From Sphyrna mokarran (lineage: Eukaryota): a DNA stretch of 64,000 nucleotides. Shown piece after piece: positions 26,936-39,574 of the stretch. The notes under the pieces were generated by a model. It ran no database searches. It was not told the origin of the DNA and saw nothing but the letters and a program-made list of their open reading frames with translations. The stretch's first letter is position 1, and the number at the start of each line of letters is the position of its first letter. The translations under genes and the position numbers were made by a program. Location: positions 744,001-808,000 of the forward strand of contig JAGIQG010000043.1 in assembly GCA_024679065.1 (NCBI GenBank), written 5' to 3'.

Positions 26936-27989
26936 TTCCTCATATGACCAAAACTTCAAACCAGGCAGTATCCGGATAAATCTCCAATGCTTCCATACCT
27001 TTTTATAATGAGATGACCAGAACTAAGCACAATATTCCAAATGTGGTCTCACCAACATCCAGTATAGTTGCAGCATAATTCCACTGCTCTTAATGTCAAA
27101 CCCGCTGTTAGTAAACGCTAACTCACACTATAAACCTTTTTCACGGCTCTATCCACGTGAGTGGCAACTTCAGAGATTTATGGATATGAAACCCAAGGTC
27201 TCTCTGTTCCTCAGAACCCTGCCGTTGACTCTGTAATCTGCATTCAAGTTTGTCCTACCAAAATCAATCACCCCACGCTTATCTGGGTCAAACTCCATCT
27301 GCCAGTTCTCTATCAATGTCTCTTTGCTGCCTGCAAGAGCCGTCCACTCATTCACTACTCCAGCAATCTTGGTGTCATCAGCAAATTTACTAACCCACCC
27401 TCGAGCCTCTTCTTCCAAGTAATTGATAAAAGTCACAAAAAACAGAGGACCCAGCACTGACCCCACTGGTAACTATTTTGGTAAAAAAATGCCCTTCAGC
27501 CCACCAGACAACCTTTGATCAGCAAACGCATCCTAGTTGCTCTTCCTTTGAGTGCTACTGGCCCTAATATCTATTCACTCTTTAGTTATCCATTGCATTG
27601 CTTTCCACCTCATTGTCAAACTCGTTTAAATCTTCCCTTGTGAAACTAGCAAACCACCCGGCCAGAATATTTATGCCCCTCCAGCTTAAACGCAACCCAT
27701 ATTTCTTGTACAGGTCCAAAACTGTCCCGGAAGAGTTCCCAATGGTCCAAATATCTGAATACTTCCTCCCTACGCCATCTTTTTAGCAATGCGTTGAGCT
27801 GTGCGATCTTCCTATGTTTAATCTCACTGACACGTGACAGAGAGAGTAATCTTGACAATACAACACTAGAGGTCCTACTTTTTTTCAATTTCCACCTAAG
27901 TCTCTGTTCTCTGGAACTGTGAATTTGAAGAGTGGCTGCTTGCTGGTGAGTCTACTGAATTTTGAATTCTGTCTTTAACAGTAGTTTTA

Positions 27990-30900
27990 GGTCGCGAGGG
28001 TATGTTGTTTATTTTGGCGCTCCGTAGCGGGAGATAGGCGCGGGGGCTGCTGGGAAGGAAGCGCGGCATTATGTAAAGAAGGCCAAGGTAGACAGCGGGC
28101 AGAGGAGTGAGGCGGGGAGCAGAGTGAGAGCTGTAAGTGCTTAAGCTCACTGGGCTTAGGCGAGCGCAGGCTTGGACGCAGTTCGTTACTGGATTCCTGT
28201 CCCACCAAACCTCTAGTGCCCATACCTCTAAAGGGGGTGTAGAAAATGTCAGGGTCCTTGAATAAACGCGTCCACTGTGTTCGTTGCCATAAGTGGACAT
28301 TCTTGGAGGCAGCACGTCTCCCGAAAGCCCACAAATGCACAAAGTGTTTAGAGTTGCAACATTTGAGGGCTTGGGTGAGGCAGCTGGAGCTGAGATTGGA
28401 AGATATGTTTTTAGTCAGAGAGAATGAGGGGATAATGAATAGGGACCATTGTCCTGAGGGGACCCCAGGGCCTAGGAGGAGGGATGGGTGGGTTACAGTT
28501 AGGAAGTGGAAAAAGAAAAGGAGTCACGGCACTAAGATCACCCCAGAGGAGGCATCCCAGAATATCAAGGGTAGGGAAAAAGCTGAGGTCGAGAGGGCAA
28601 GGGAGGGGGATCAGAATGCCCCGGAGGACGGTAGGAGTGCGGGATGTGAGATAGTGGTGGGGGTTGGGAAGATCAAAGGGATCGACAGGCGGTTCTGTGG
28701 GAAAATGCGGGACTCCAGGATGGTAGTCTGCCTCCCTGGAGCAGGGGTCCAGGATGTTTCAGAGAGGGTAGAGGGAATTTTGAAGAGTGGAGGGTCTAAG
28801 GCTGATGTAATAGTTCACGTAGGAGAGAAGGATGTAGGAACAAAGTGCAGGGGGACATACGTAGGCAGTTCAGGGAGTTGGGGGCTCGGCTGAAGTGTAG
28901 GGCCTTCAGGGCGGCATTCTCTGGGCTGCTGCCGATACCCGGGACTGATAGGGTTAGGAATAATGAGGTACTCCAACTAAAAGCGTGGTTGAGGGATTGG
29001 TGTAGGGCAGATGGTTTCAGATTCATAGACCATTGGGAAGTCTTCATGAGGTAGGGGCATCTATACAAGAGGGGCGGGGAACAGTTGTCTAGGAAGGGCA
29101 CCCATATTTTAGCTGGGAGGTTAGCTGCAGTGTTTCGGCAGGGTTTAAACTAATATGGAGGGGAGGTGGGGAGACAGAGGGAACTGGGAATGGGAGAGAG
29201 ATGGGTGACAGGGTAAGTCCAGACGGTAGGAAGGAGGATCAGAGAGGGCCTGAGGGTCTTCAGTGCTTGTGTTTTAATGTGAGGAGTGTGACTGGCAAAA
29301 CAGATGAACTGAAGGCAATAATGTTCACGAGGAAGTTAGAAGTGGTGGCGGTGACTGAGACGTGGTTAAAGGAGGGGCAGGACTGGCAATTGAATATTCC
29401 AGCATATAATTGTTTTAGGCATGACAGAGGTGGTTTGAAGAGAGGAGGGGGAGTGGCGTTATTAGTTAAGGATCACCTCATAGCAGTGCAGAGGGAGGCT
29501 GGTATGGATGATTTAGGAATTGAGTCGCTATGGGTGGAGTTGAGGAAGAGAAAGGGAGAGGTTGCTATGTTGGGTCTGTACTACAGACCGTCCAACAGCC
29601 CGCGGGCAGTGGAAGAAGGGGTATGCAGGGATATTTTAGATAAGTGTAGGAAGAATAGGGTGGTTGTAATGGGAGATTTCAATTTTCCTGGGATAGATTG
29701 GAAGGTGCCCAGAGTGGAAGGTGCGGACGGGGAGGAATTTGTATAGTGTGTTTTGGAAGGATCCTTGGAGCAGTATGTGGATAGCCCGACTAGAGAGGGG
29801 GCTATACTGGATTTGGTTCTGGGGAATGAGGCAGGGCAGGTGGTTGACGTTGTAGTAGGAGAGCATGCGTCAAATAGTGATCATAACTCTGTCTGCTTTA
29901 GGGTATTAATGGAAAAAGATGATGCATGCCTTAAGGGGAGGGTGTTAAACTGGAGGAGGGCTAGATACAGCCAGATTAGGCAGGATCTTAAGGATACCGA
30001 CTGGGATAAGCTGTTCGAGGGTAGGTCAACGCTGTACATGTGGGAGTCTTTCAAGGGAAAACTAAAATCTTTGCCAGAAAGACACGTGCTGGCAAGGAGG
30101 AAGGATGGGAAAGGTAGGATGAGAGAACCGTGGGCTACTAGGGATATCGAGGACTTGGTCAGGAAGAAGCGGGAGGCGTATGTTAGATCTAGGCAACTGG
30201 GGACAGAGACAGCGCTGGAAGAATATAGAGAGTGTAGACGGGATCTTAAAAGGGGTGTCAGAAAGGCAAAAAGGGGCCACGAAATGGATTTGGCAGGTAG
30301 GATTAAGGAAAATCCTACGGCATTTTACTCCTATGTAAGGAGCAAAAGGATGGTTAGAGGGAAGATTGGATCTCTCAGGGACAGAGGAGGGGAACTATGC
30401 TTAGAGCCTGAGGGAATGGGGGAGATCCTGAATGAATACTTTGCGTCGGTATTCACGCGGGAGAGGGGCCTGATGTCTGGTGCCGGCTTTGAGGAATTTG
30501 AGGACCGTTAAAGGAAATAATCATTACAAGGGAAGAGGTGTTGGAGCTTTTAGGCAGCATAAAGACTTATAAAGCTCCGGGGCCTGATGGCATTTACACT
30601 AGGCTGCTAAGGGAGGTGAGAGATGACCTTGCTGGGCCTCTGACGCAAATCTTTGTCTCTTCTTTGGACACAGGTGAGTTCCCAGAGGACTGGAGGATAG
30701 CAAATGTAGTACCGTTGTTTAAAAAGGGTCAGAGGGATAACCCGGGAACTATAGGCCAGTGAGCTTGACTTCAGTTATAGGTAAGCTAATGGAGAGGATC
30801 CTCAGGGACAGGATGTATGAGCATCTAGAGCGCTGCGATCAGATCAGGGATATGCAGCATGGCTTCGTTAAGGGGACGTCGTGCCTTATGAATCTAGTGG

Positions 30901-31135
30901 AATTTTTTGAAGAGGTGACAAAAATGGTTGATGAAGGACAAGCCGTTGATGTCATCTACATGGATTTCAGTAAGGCGTTTGACAAGCTTCCTCATGGTAC
31001 GCTGATAGAAAAGGTGAAGGCGCATGGGATACAGGGCCAGGTATGTAGATGGGTTGAGAACTGGCTTGGGAGGAGAAAACAGCGGGTAGTACTGGAAGGC
31101 TCTTTTTCCAACTGGAGGTCTGTCACTATTGGTGT
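27990..31135 (+). mobile_element. CR1 LINE with 5' UTR, ORF1 (28246-29153) and ORF2 EN plus N-terminal RT; 3' half missing
   Basis: ORF1 has CxxC..CxxC, a leucine zipper and an SGNH-like region. ORF2 has APE motifs (VTETWL, MGDFN, SDH) and RT QHGF and MDFSKAFD. Scattered stops and frameshifts; ends at the Penelope fragment. Confidence 0.92.
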
Positions 31136-31136
31136 G

Positions 31137-31740
31137 CTCAGTAAAGTTTTGCAACACCAATTTTAAATCCAACCAATTTATTTGATAGTAAATCCGCGAG
31201 CTTTCGACACTATGTTGTGCCTTCGTCAGGCAAATGCAGTGTTCTGATCTGCAGAGGCACTCATATCCGCACAGACCGTTACAGATTGCTGATTAGAATG
31301 CGAATCCTTACATCTAACCTGCTATTCAAGTGTTAAAGTGGCTAACAATGTGTGTGAAGGAAATCCTGAGCATTGGTTAGAGAATTGTGTATTTTCTTCA
31401 GACAGCACAGTAAGTGAGGTTTTTTGCTAACCCAGGCAAGTTATGGGGGTTACAGATAGTGTGACATGAAGCCAAGATCCCTGTTAAGACTGTCCTCATG
31501 TGTGCGGAACTTGGCTATCAGTCTCTGCTCAGCGACTCTGCGCTGTCGTGTGTCCTGAAGGCCCCCTTGAAGAACATTTACCCGCAGGTCGGAGGCCGAA
31601 TGCCCATGACTGCTGAAGTGTTCGCCCACAGGAAGGGAACTGTTTTGCCTGGTGATTGTTGAGCGATGGTCATTCATCCGCTGTCGTAGTGTCTGCATGG
31701 TCTCCCCAATGTACCATGCTTCGGGACATCCTACCACCAA
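31137..31740 (-). mobile_element. Penelope-like element 3' fragment (GIY-YIG endonuclease C-terminus plus pseudo-LTR)
   Basis: WYIGET...LRQRMNDH...VGEHF...H...AEQRLI...LNRD at 31450-31730, followed by a hammerhead motif and AATAAA. Confidence 0.9.
31192..31235 (-). ncRNA. Minimal type I hammerhead ribozyme in the Penelope pseudo-LTR
   Basis: AUUUGC-CUGACGA-A-GGCAC(aacaua)GUGUC-GAAAGCUC-GCGGAU: intact core, 5-bp stem II, 6-bp stem I with two GU pairs, palindromic AGCU stem III. Confidence 0.75.
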
Positions 31741-32721
31741 CGACGCAACATAATATCCTGGAGTCTCTTTCATGTCCACAGAAGCACGGACCAGTACTCC
31801 TAATTATACTGCTTTCCATATAAATATTTCTTTAGTATCTATTATTTTTTCCCTATTTTCATAAAAATACCAGCGCATAAAAAGATTGAAAGTCAGCCAA
31901 AGAGGAACCGGCTGTACGGATAAAACTGCAGAACGTTTATTCGAACAAGATCGGGTGTGAACACAAACTTCAGGTATAGCAGCATTTCAAGTTAGCAATA
32001 GTACAGGAGCTAATATGTGAAGTAAATATAGGAACAAACATCAGGAGAGGATAAACAGGTGTAGGAGAAAGATTGAGGGCAGAAAGATTGAGGGTGGTAT
32101 ATGGGAGAAGAGTTTGTTAGAAATACACCACAGATTACCTCACACAGGAAGAGATAAAATGATCAGAGAATGCTGATATTGGAAAGGTATGGGAAAAGAT
32201 GTAGCGGATTTATATGCTTCCAGACTACAAAGTGATACAGATATTGGAAGTCAACGGGAAAAGATTTGGCAACTTGTGAAATTGTCCTTTTCTGTGGGAA
32301 GAGACAAAAAATACGCATTTTATCAACATCATGCGTCATTTCAGAGCTCTGAGATGCGGCAGGGTGTTCCAATGCATGAATACAAACTTGTACTTTACAG
32401 ATACAGCAAGTGCTTAGGAAAGGTAATGCAGTGCTACCGTTTAGCGTGAGGGGAATTCATCATTATTATTGGGATGTGATGGTCCAAAGGAACAGGGCAT
32501 CTGTGAGCCAACATCTAGAGTGCTGCGTGTGGAAGTCATCTTCTTATGAACGATGAATGTATATGTCCAGGACGAAATTTAAAGTTTAATCAGTTAAATC
32601 CTGGAATAGTTGTCTTTGACTGAGTTTTAGACAACCTTGCCCTGTATCCACTGGAACTTAGGAATAATAGATGTCGTGAATGAAACATTTATGAGTCCAA
32701 GGAATCCTGACAGTATTCATT

Positions 32722-35700
32722 TATAGAACATAGAACATTACAACGCAGAACAGGCCCTTCAGACTTCGATGTTGCCCCGACCAATTAGGAAAAATCAATG
32801 ACCGTCCAAGGTAAACCATTCCCTTTTCGTCCATAAACTTATCTGCTAACCTCTTAAACGCCACCAAACTTGGCGCATCTACAACTGCAGCAGGCAGGGC
32901 ATTCCATACCCTAACCACCCTCTGGGTAAAGAACCTACCTCTGATATCCGTCCTATAACTACCACCCCTTAATTTACAGCTATGTCCCCTCGTGCTAGCT
33001 TTCTCCATCCTAGAAAAAAGGCGATCACTGTCCACTCTATCTAAACCTCTAATCATCTTATATGTTTCAATAAGGTCTCCTCTTAGCCGCCTCCTTTCTA
33101 ACGAAAACAACCTCAAATCCCTCAGCCTCTCTTCATAAGACCTGCCCTCCATACCAGGCAAAATCCTGGTAAACCTCCTCTGTACCCTCTCGAATGCCTC
33201 CACATCTTTCTTATAATGCGGGGACCAGAACTGCACACAATACTCCAATTGCGGCTGCACTAGAGTTTTGTACAGTTGCAACATGACGTTGCGGCTCCGA
33301 AATTCAATCCCCCTACCAACAAAAGCTAAGACTCCATATGCCTTCTTAACAACCTTAGCACATAGAACATAGAGCACTACAGCAAAGAACAGGCCCTTCG
33401 GCCTTCGATGTTGCGCCGACCAATATAAAAAGCAATGACCCTCCAAACTAAACCATTCCCTTCTCTTCCACATACTTATCAACTAACCTCTTAAACGCCA
33501 CCAAACTTGGCGCATCTACAACTGCCACAGGCAGGGCATTCCACTCCCGAACCACACTTTGGGTAAAGAACCTACCTCTGATATCCGTCCTATTACTATC
33601 AGCCCTTAATTTAAAGCTGTGTTCCCTCGTGTTAGCTTTCTCCATCCTAGGAAAAAGGCTATCAAAGTCCACCCTATCTAAACCTCTAATCATCTTATAT
33701 GTTTCGATAAGGTCCCCTCTTAGCCGCCTCCTTTCTAACGAAAACAACCTCAAATCCCTCAGCCTCTCTTCATAAGACCTGCCCTCCATACCAGGCAACA
33801 TCCTGGTAAACCTCCTCTGTACCCTCTCCAATGCCTCCACATCTTTCTTATAATGTGGGGACCAGAACTGCACACAATACTCCAAGTGCGGCCGCACTAG
33901 AGTTTTGTACAGTTGCAACATGACGTTGCGGCTCCGAAATTCAATCCCCCTACCAATAAAAGCTAAGACTCCATATGCCTTCTTAACAACCTTATCGACT
34001 TGATTGCCAACTTTCAGGGATCTATGCACATATACACCAAGATCCCTCTGTTCTTCAACACTATTAAGAGTCCTACCATTAGCCCTATACTCTACACATT
34101 TGTTATTCCTGCCAAAGTGAATTACCTCACACTTTTCCACGTTAAACTCCATTTGCCACCTCTCGGCCCAGCTCTGCAACTTGTCCAAGTCTCTATGCAA
34201 ACTATAACACCCCTCTTCACTATCTACCACTCCAGCAACTTTGGTGTCATCCGCAAATTTACTAATCCATCCTTGAATACCCTCATCCAGATCATTTATA
34301 AAAATTACAAACAGCAGGGGCCCCAAAACAGATCCCTGAGGTACACCATTTGTAACCATACTCCACGATGAATAACTTCCATCAACCATCACCCAATGTC
34401 TTCTATCTGCTAGTCAATTGCTAATCCAATTAACTAAATCACCTTCAATCCCATACATCTGCATTTTCTGCAGAAGCCTTCCATGGGCCACTTTACCGAA
34501 CGCCTTACTAAAGTCCATATGTACCACATCACCTGCCTTACCCCCTTTCACCTCTTTGGTCACTTTTTCAAAAAACTCAATAAGATTAGTAAGGCACGAC
34601 CTACCCTTCACAAAACCATGCTGACTATCCCCAATCAATTCATTTCTCTAAATAACTATAAATCATGTCACTATTAGTTCTCTCCAATACTTTGCCCGCA
34701 ACAGAAGAAAGACTCACCGGCCTATAATTCCCCGGAAAGTCTCTCTTCCCCTTCTTGAACAATGGGACCACATTCGCTATCCTCCGTTCTTCCGGCACTA
34801 TACCCGTAACCAATGATGACCTGAAGATCAAAGCCAGAGGCTCTGCAATCGCCTCTCTCGCCCCCCAGAGAATCCTAGGGTAAATCCCGTCCGGTCCAGG
34901 GGACTTATCTAACTTCAAACCTTCAAGAATATCTAGCACATCCTCCTTATCTACTTCAATACTTTCCAGTTTACAACCCTGTATCCAAGTGTTCTCCACA
35001 ACTACATTTACATCTCCCCGCGTGAATAACGAAGAGAAATATTTGTTCAGTGCCTCTCCAATCTCTTCAGGCTCCACGCACAACTTCCCACTGCTGTCTC
35101 TAATTGGCCCTAATCTTGCCCTAACCAATCTTCTATTCTTAACATACCTAAAGAAAGCTTTAGGATTCTCCTTGATCCTATCAGCCAAAGTCTTCTTGTG
35201 TCCCCTTTTAGCTCTCCTCAACTCACTGTTTAGCTCCCTCCTGGCTAATCTATAGCTATCCATTGCACTAACTGAGCCTTCAAGCCTCATCCTGACATAA
35301 GCCTCCTTTTTCCTTTTAACCAGCGAATTAACTTTTTTAGTACACCATCGTTTCCTTACTCGACCATTTCCTCCTTGCCTGACAGGGACATACTTATCAA
35401 GGACTCGCAGCAGCTGCTCCTTGAATAAGCTCCAACGTTTCAGATGTTCCCAGTCCCTGTATTTCCTAGTCCAATCTATGCACCCTAATTCCCTCCTTAT
35501 GGCCTCATAATTACCATTCCCTCAGCTATAACTACTGCCCCCAGCTTAATGCCTATCCCTATTCATCACTAAGGTGAGCGTAACCGAATTGTGGTCACTA
35601 TCACCAAAATGTTCACCAACTTCCAAGTCTAACACCTGGTCTGGCTCATTGCCCAGCACCAAATCCAATGTAGCCTCACCTCTAGTTGGCTTATCTACAT

Positions 35701-36256
35701 ACTGAGTCAAAAAACCTTCCTGCACACTTTGTACAAAAACTGACCCCTCTAACGAGCTAGAGCTATAGCTATTCCAATCAATATTAGTAAAGTTAAAGTC
35801 CCCCATAACAATTACCCTATTACTTTCACTCCTGTCCAGGATCGACTTTGCAATCCTTTCCTCTACCTCTCTAGAACTTTTAGGAGGTCTATAAAAGACT
35901 CCCAACAGGGTGACCTCTCCTCTCCTGTTTCTAATCTCAGCCCATACTACCTCAACAGACAAGTCCTCATCAAACTTCCTTTCTGTCACTGTGATACAGT
36001 CTTTGACTAATAGTGCCACTCCTCCCCCCCTTCTGCCTCCTTCTCTACTCCGCCTGAAGCATGTGAACCCCAGAACCTACAACAACCATTCCTGTCCCTG
36101 CTCTATTTATGTCTCTGAAATGGCCACAACATCGAAGTTTCAGGTACTGATCCAAGCTGCAAGTTCCTCCACCTTCTTGCGAATACTTCTTGCATTAAAG
36201 TATACGCATTTCAAACCATGCCCTACTCCACCCGTACGCTGCTGTGCTTTACAGTT
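32722..36256 (-). mobile_element. CR1 with nearly complete ORF2 (33358-36256) plus a second tandem 3' end (32722-33357); specific to copy B
   Basis: EN and RT ORF pieces 33448-36019; two tails; TCATTT duplication at 32717-32722 and 36261-36266; empty site in copy A near 3990. Confidence 0.93.
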
Positions 36257-36648
36257 CTCATCATTTGAAAATGATGGTTCCTCTTGAGGGAGAACTTCTA
36301 GTTATTTCTCATTGTTTACTCAGAAATGGTAGGGCATTTATGATCGAGTTCAGGAGATACTTCATTCATTATGCATGGTTCTATGTGTCTGAGGCAATAA
36401 CATTTCAATCTCTTAACCGTTTTTCTCAATTCATTTCCAACAGAGTCTAATCGTGGAATTTTGTTAACAGCTATAATTACATCGTAAATGGAAAGATCAA
36501 AACAGCAAAGTAGACAAAAATAAAATTTTAAGAAAGTGCATATTTCAGCTGGTAGGTCAGTACAGGAATTCTAGTGAAACGTAAGGGATAGATGTACCAC
36601 AATGATACAGCACATTTATATATAATTAGCAAATGATTAAACACTCAC

Positions 36649-36718
36649 CAGGAACTCCAACTGCTGCGAGTACAGGATAGTAAAAATGCTCTATTGGAAG
36701 AATGAATAAATATCCCAT
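36649..36718 (-). CDS. GPR139-like paralogue B, coding exon 1 (MGYLFILPIEHFYYPVLAAVGVP)
   Basis: ATG at 36718 and G|GTGAGT donor. 70+917 nt = 329 codons including stop (328 aa). Homologous to 4382-4451. Confidence 0.88.
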
Positions 36719-37862
36719 GACTGAGAAATAGTGAAATGTATCGACCTGAATCGACAGCTGCAGTTAGCACTCAATGTTTTTTGTTGGATGGAACGCTGAA
36801 TTTATTAGCTCCATGTCGCTACTGGGAATATTATACCCCAGAGGATTATTATTGCTTGCAGTCATCGAACAAACATGTTACACCTGTGCAGTTGACTCCG
36901 AAGAAAAAAAAGTGATCTATAAAATAACCTTCAAAAACAAGATGGCATTATTCAATCATTTAGCTGGAATCTTGTTAAAATCAGAATCAAGAATTCATCC
37001 AACAATTATGAGAAAATCATTTTTGAGTTTCCCTTGAGAAAACCTCTTCAAAACTCCCCTTTTATTTCCATATACCGTTACTTGAGTCAGCAAATATGTG
37101 TTGTACCAAAAGCACAGGCAGCTCTACTTCACAGTTCACGAGTCACTTTATTTTTCATACATTTATTCGAGGATCATTACGATCATATTCATGAATGCAG
37201 TGTGGACTTCTGTTGAAGTGATGTGCGGCACTGCGCATTGTGATAAGTCCTTCTGCATCATTGAATCAGGGACCAGTTTTAAATTTACGGCTTGAGTCAC
37301 TTTCTTTCTGGTGTGTGCACGTTCTTCACGGATTCTTAATTCCCGATTTTTTTTTAACTTGATCCTAATTTAACAATCTGACGTGGTGGGATACCTACCC
37401 TGCTCACCATTAGCTGACTTGCTGAAGTACAAGTCGAGCCATATTTCCACTAAGCGTCGGCATCAAGGTGTGAACATTTACTCAGAATTTAAAAAAAATC
37501 AACATTAAAAGTGCACTGTGGTAAAAGAAGAATAATTTTGAAGGGCATTGAGAGAAAGCCGAGAGTTTGGACTCAATTGCAGTTTTCAAACAAACGGCAC
37601 TGGCTTGACGGGCAGAATGGCCTCTTTATGTACTGGAAATTGCCACAGTTTTGAGCTTCGAGTCTGCAAAATCCATTTCCTCGCGTTATCAGAAGGTAAT
37701 ATTGACTGCAGGTTTTTTTTCAGAATTAAATATACCCGCGTCCAATAACAGGGTACATCCAATTAAGGTTCCGGGCGCATTTAATCGTATAGATTTCATA
37801 TTCATACAGCCGAAATCCCCAGTCAATTGCTAACATGCCTTGTCAGTACTTAACCCCACCTC

Positions 37863-37865
<3 letters not shown>

Positions 37866-37930
<65 letters not shown>
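37866..37930 (+). repeat. (CA)n microsatellite, about 32 units
   Basis: Direct reading. Confidence 0.97.
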
Positions 37931-37932
<2 letters not shown>

Positions 37933-39574
37933 CTCAAAATGTCTCTGTAAACTAGCTGAAGAGCCAGCGGAAACATCTCTGTTCTAAACTCTGAGAGAAA
38001 CCGGAATCATACAGCTTACACCTGCTATTCAAAATCTTTTGTTTTTAATGTTTAGGTAACTCGGACACAGCTACATTTTGAACTATTCCTTGCACAATTA
38101 CAGTAGAAAATGCAAAGCAGAATTTAAAAAAAATAGAATGAAAAATTAGAAGCATGGAGAAGTGAAATTGTATTGCATGCGATTTTCCGTCTTCCAATGG
38201 CGGACATTAAGAGAACATTTATTTTCCACGTTGGTCGTCATCATAATATTGAGCCGCAATCTGCGTGAGCTTGCAAAACATAGAATGTTTCCAAAAAACT
38301 GGAAATCCAGGGAACACGCAGCGAGTTATCTCTCTCTCTCTCTTTTCTCTCGAATTAGAGTTTTGGATCCTCCTTAAAGGCCAACCGAGCGTAAAGTGTC
38401 TATGGATGAAAAATGATCTGTCAGTAGAATCCATTCCATCATTATAGAGAAAGCTGAGACCATTCAGAAATTTCCTCCTCTTCCCACCCCCGCACCGACT
38501 CCATTCAACCGACTCATTGTTTAAAGCAAGCTGAACTCACAGTCACCCAACAATGGTGCATAGTCCTAATTAAGGATTATTATATTAGATTATTCCCTAA
38601 TATAATTCTAACTGCCGCAGTTTTGAGAATTCCAATTGCGTAATCCTCTATATAGCTTTAGAGCGGACAGAATTCCGCCCAGCGCTCTGTGAAGAAGAAT
38701 ATTGATTTGATTTGATTTATTATTGTCGCATGTGTTACAATGCAGTATTATATCCTGCCCTGCATGCAGACAAAGTGTACCCGTGCATGGAGAATGAAAG
38801 GAGAGGGTGCAGATTATAGTGTTATAGTGATAGCTAAGGGGCAGAAAAAGATCACCTTAACATAAATCAGGTCAATTCTAACGTCTGAGGATAGTAGGAA
38901 GAAGCTATCCTTGCGTGGGTTGGCGCATGACCTCAGAATTCTGAATCTTTTTTCCCCAAGGAAGAAAGTGGACAATAGCATATCCAGGGGTCCTTGATTA
39001 TGGTAGCTCTTTTTACATAGAAATATAGAAGATCGCAGCAGGAGGAGGTAATTTGGCCCTTCGAATCTGCTCCACTATTCATTGCGAACATGACTGATTG
39101 TCGAGCCCAATCGCCTAATCCTGCTTTCTCTCCATAACCTTCGCCCCCATGTGCCCGTTGAATACATTCCATGTTTTTGCATCAACGACTTCCTGTGGTA
39201 ATGAATTCCAAAAGTTCACCACTCTTTGGATGCAGAAATGTCTACTCACCTCCGCGCTAAATGGTCCACCCCAGAACCATAAACTCTACCTCTGGTTCTG
39301 GACTCCCCCACTATTTGGAACATCCTCGCTGCATCTACCCTGTTTATTCTTATTAGTGTTGTATAAGTCTCTGTGAAATCCCCGTCATTCGTCTGAACTC
39401 TAGTGAAAAAAAATCTAGTGAAATTATTCAATCGCTCCTCACACATTAATCCTGCATTCCCGGAATAAGCCTGATAAACTTTTGCTGCACTCCTTGAAGA
39501 GCAAGTACAATTTGCCAAAGTGGTATATCTCCTGTTCTATCCAGGACCAAAAGAACAGGTCGACTCCCATCCCT

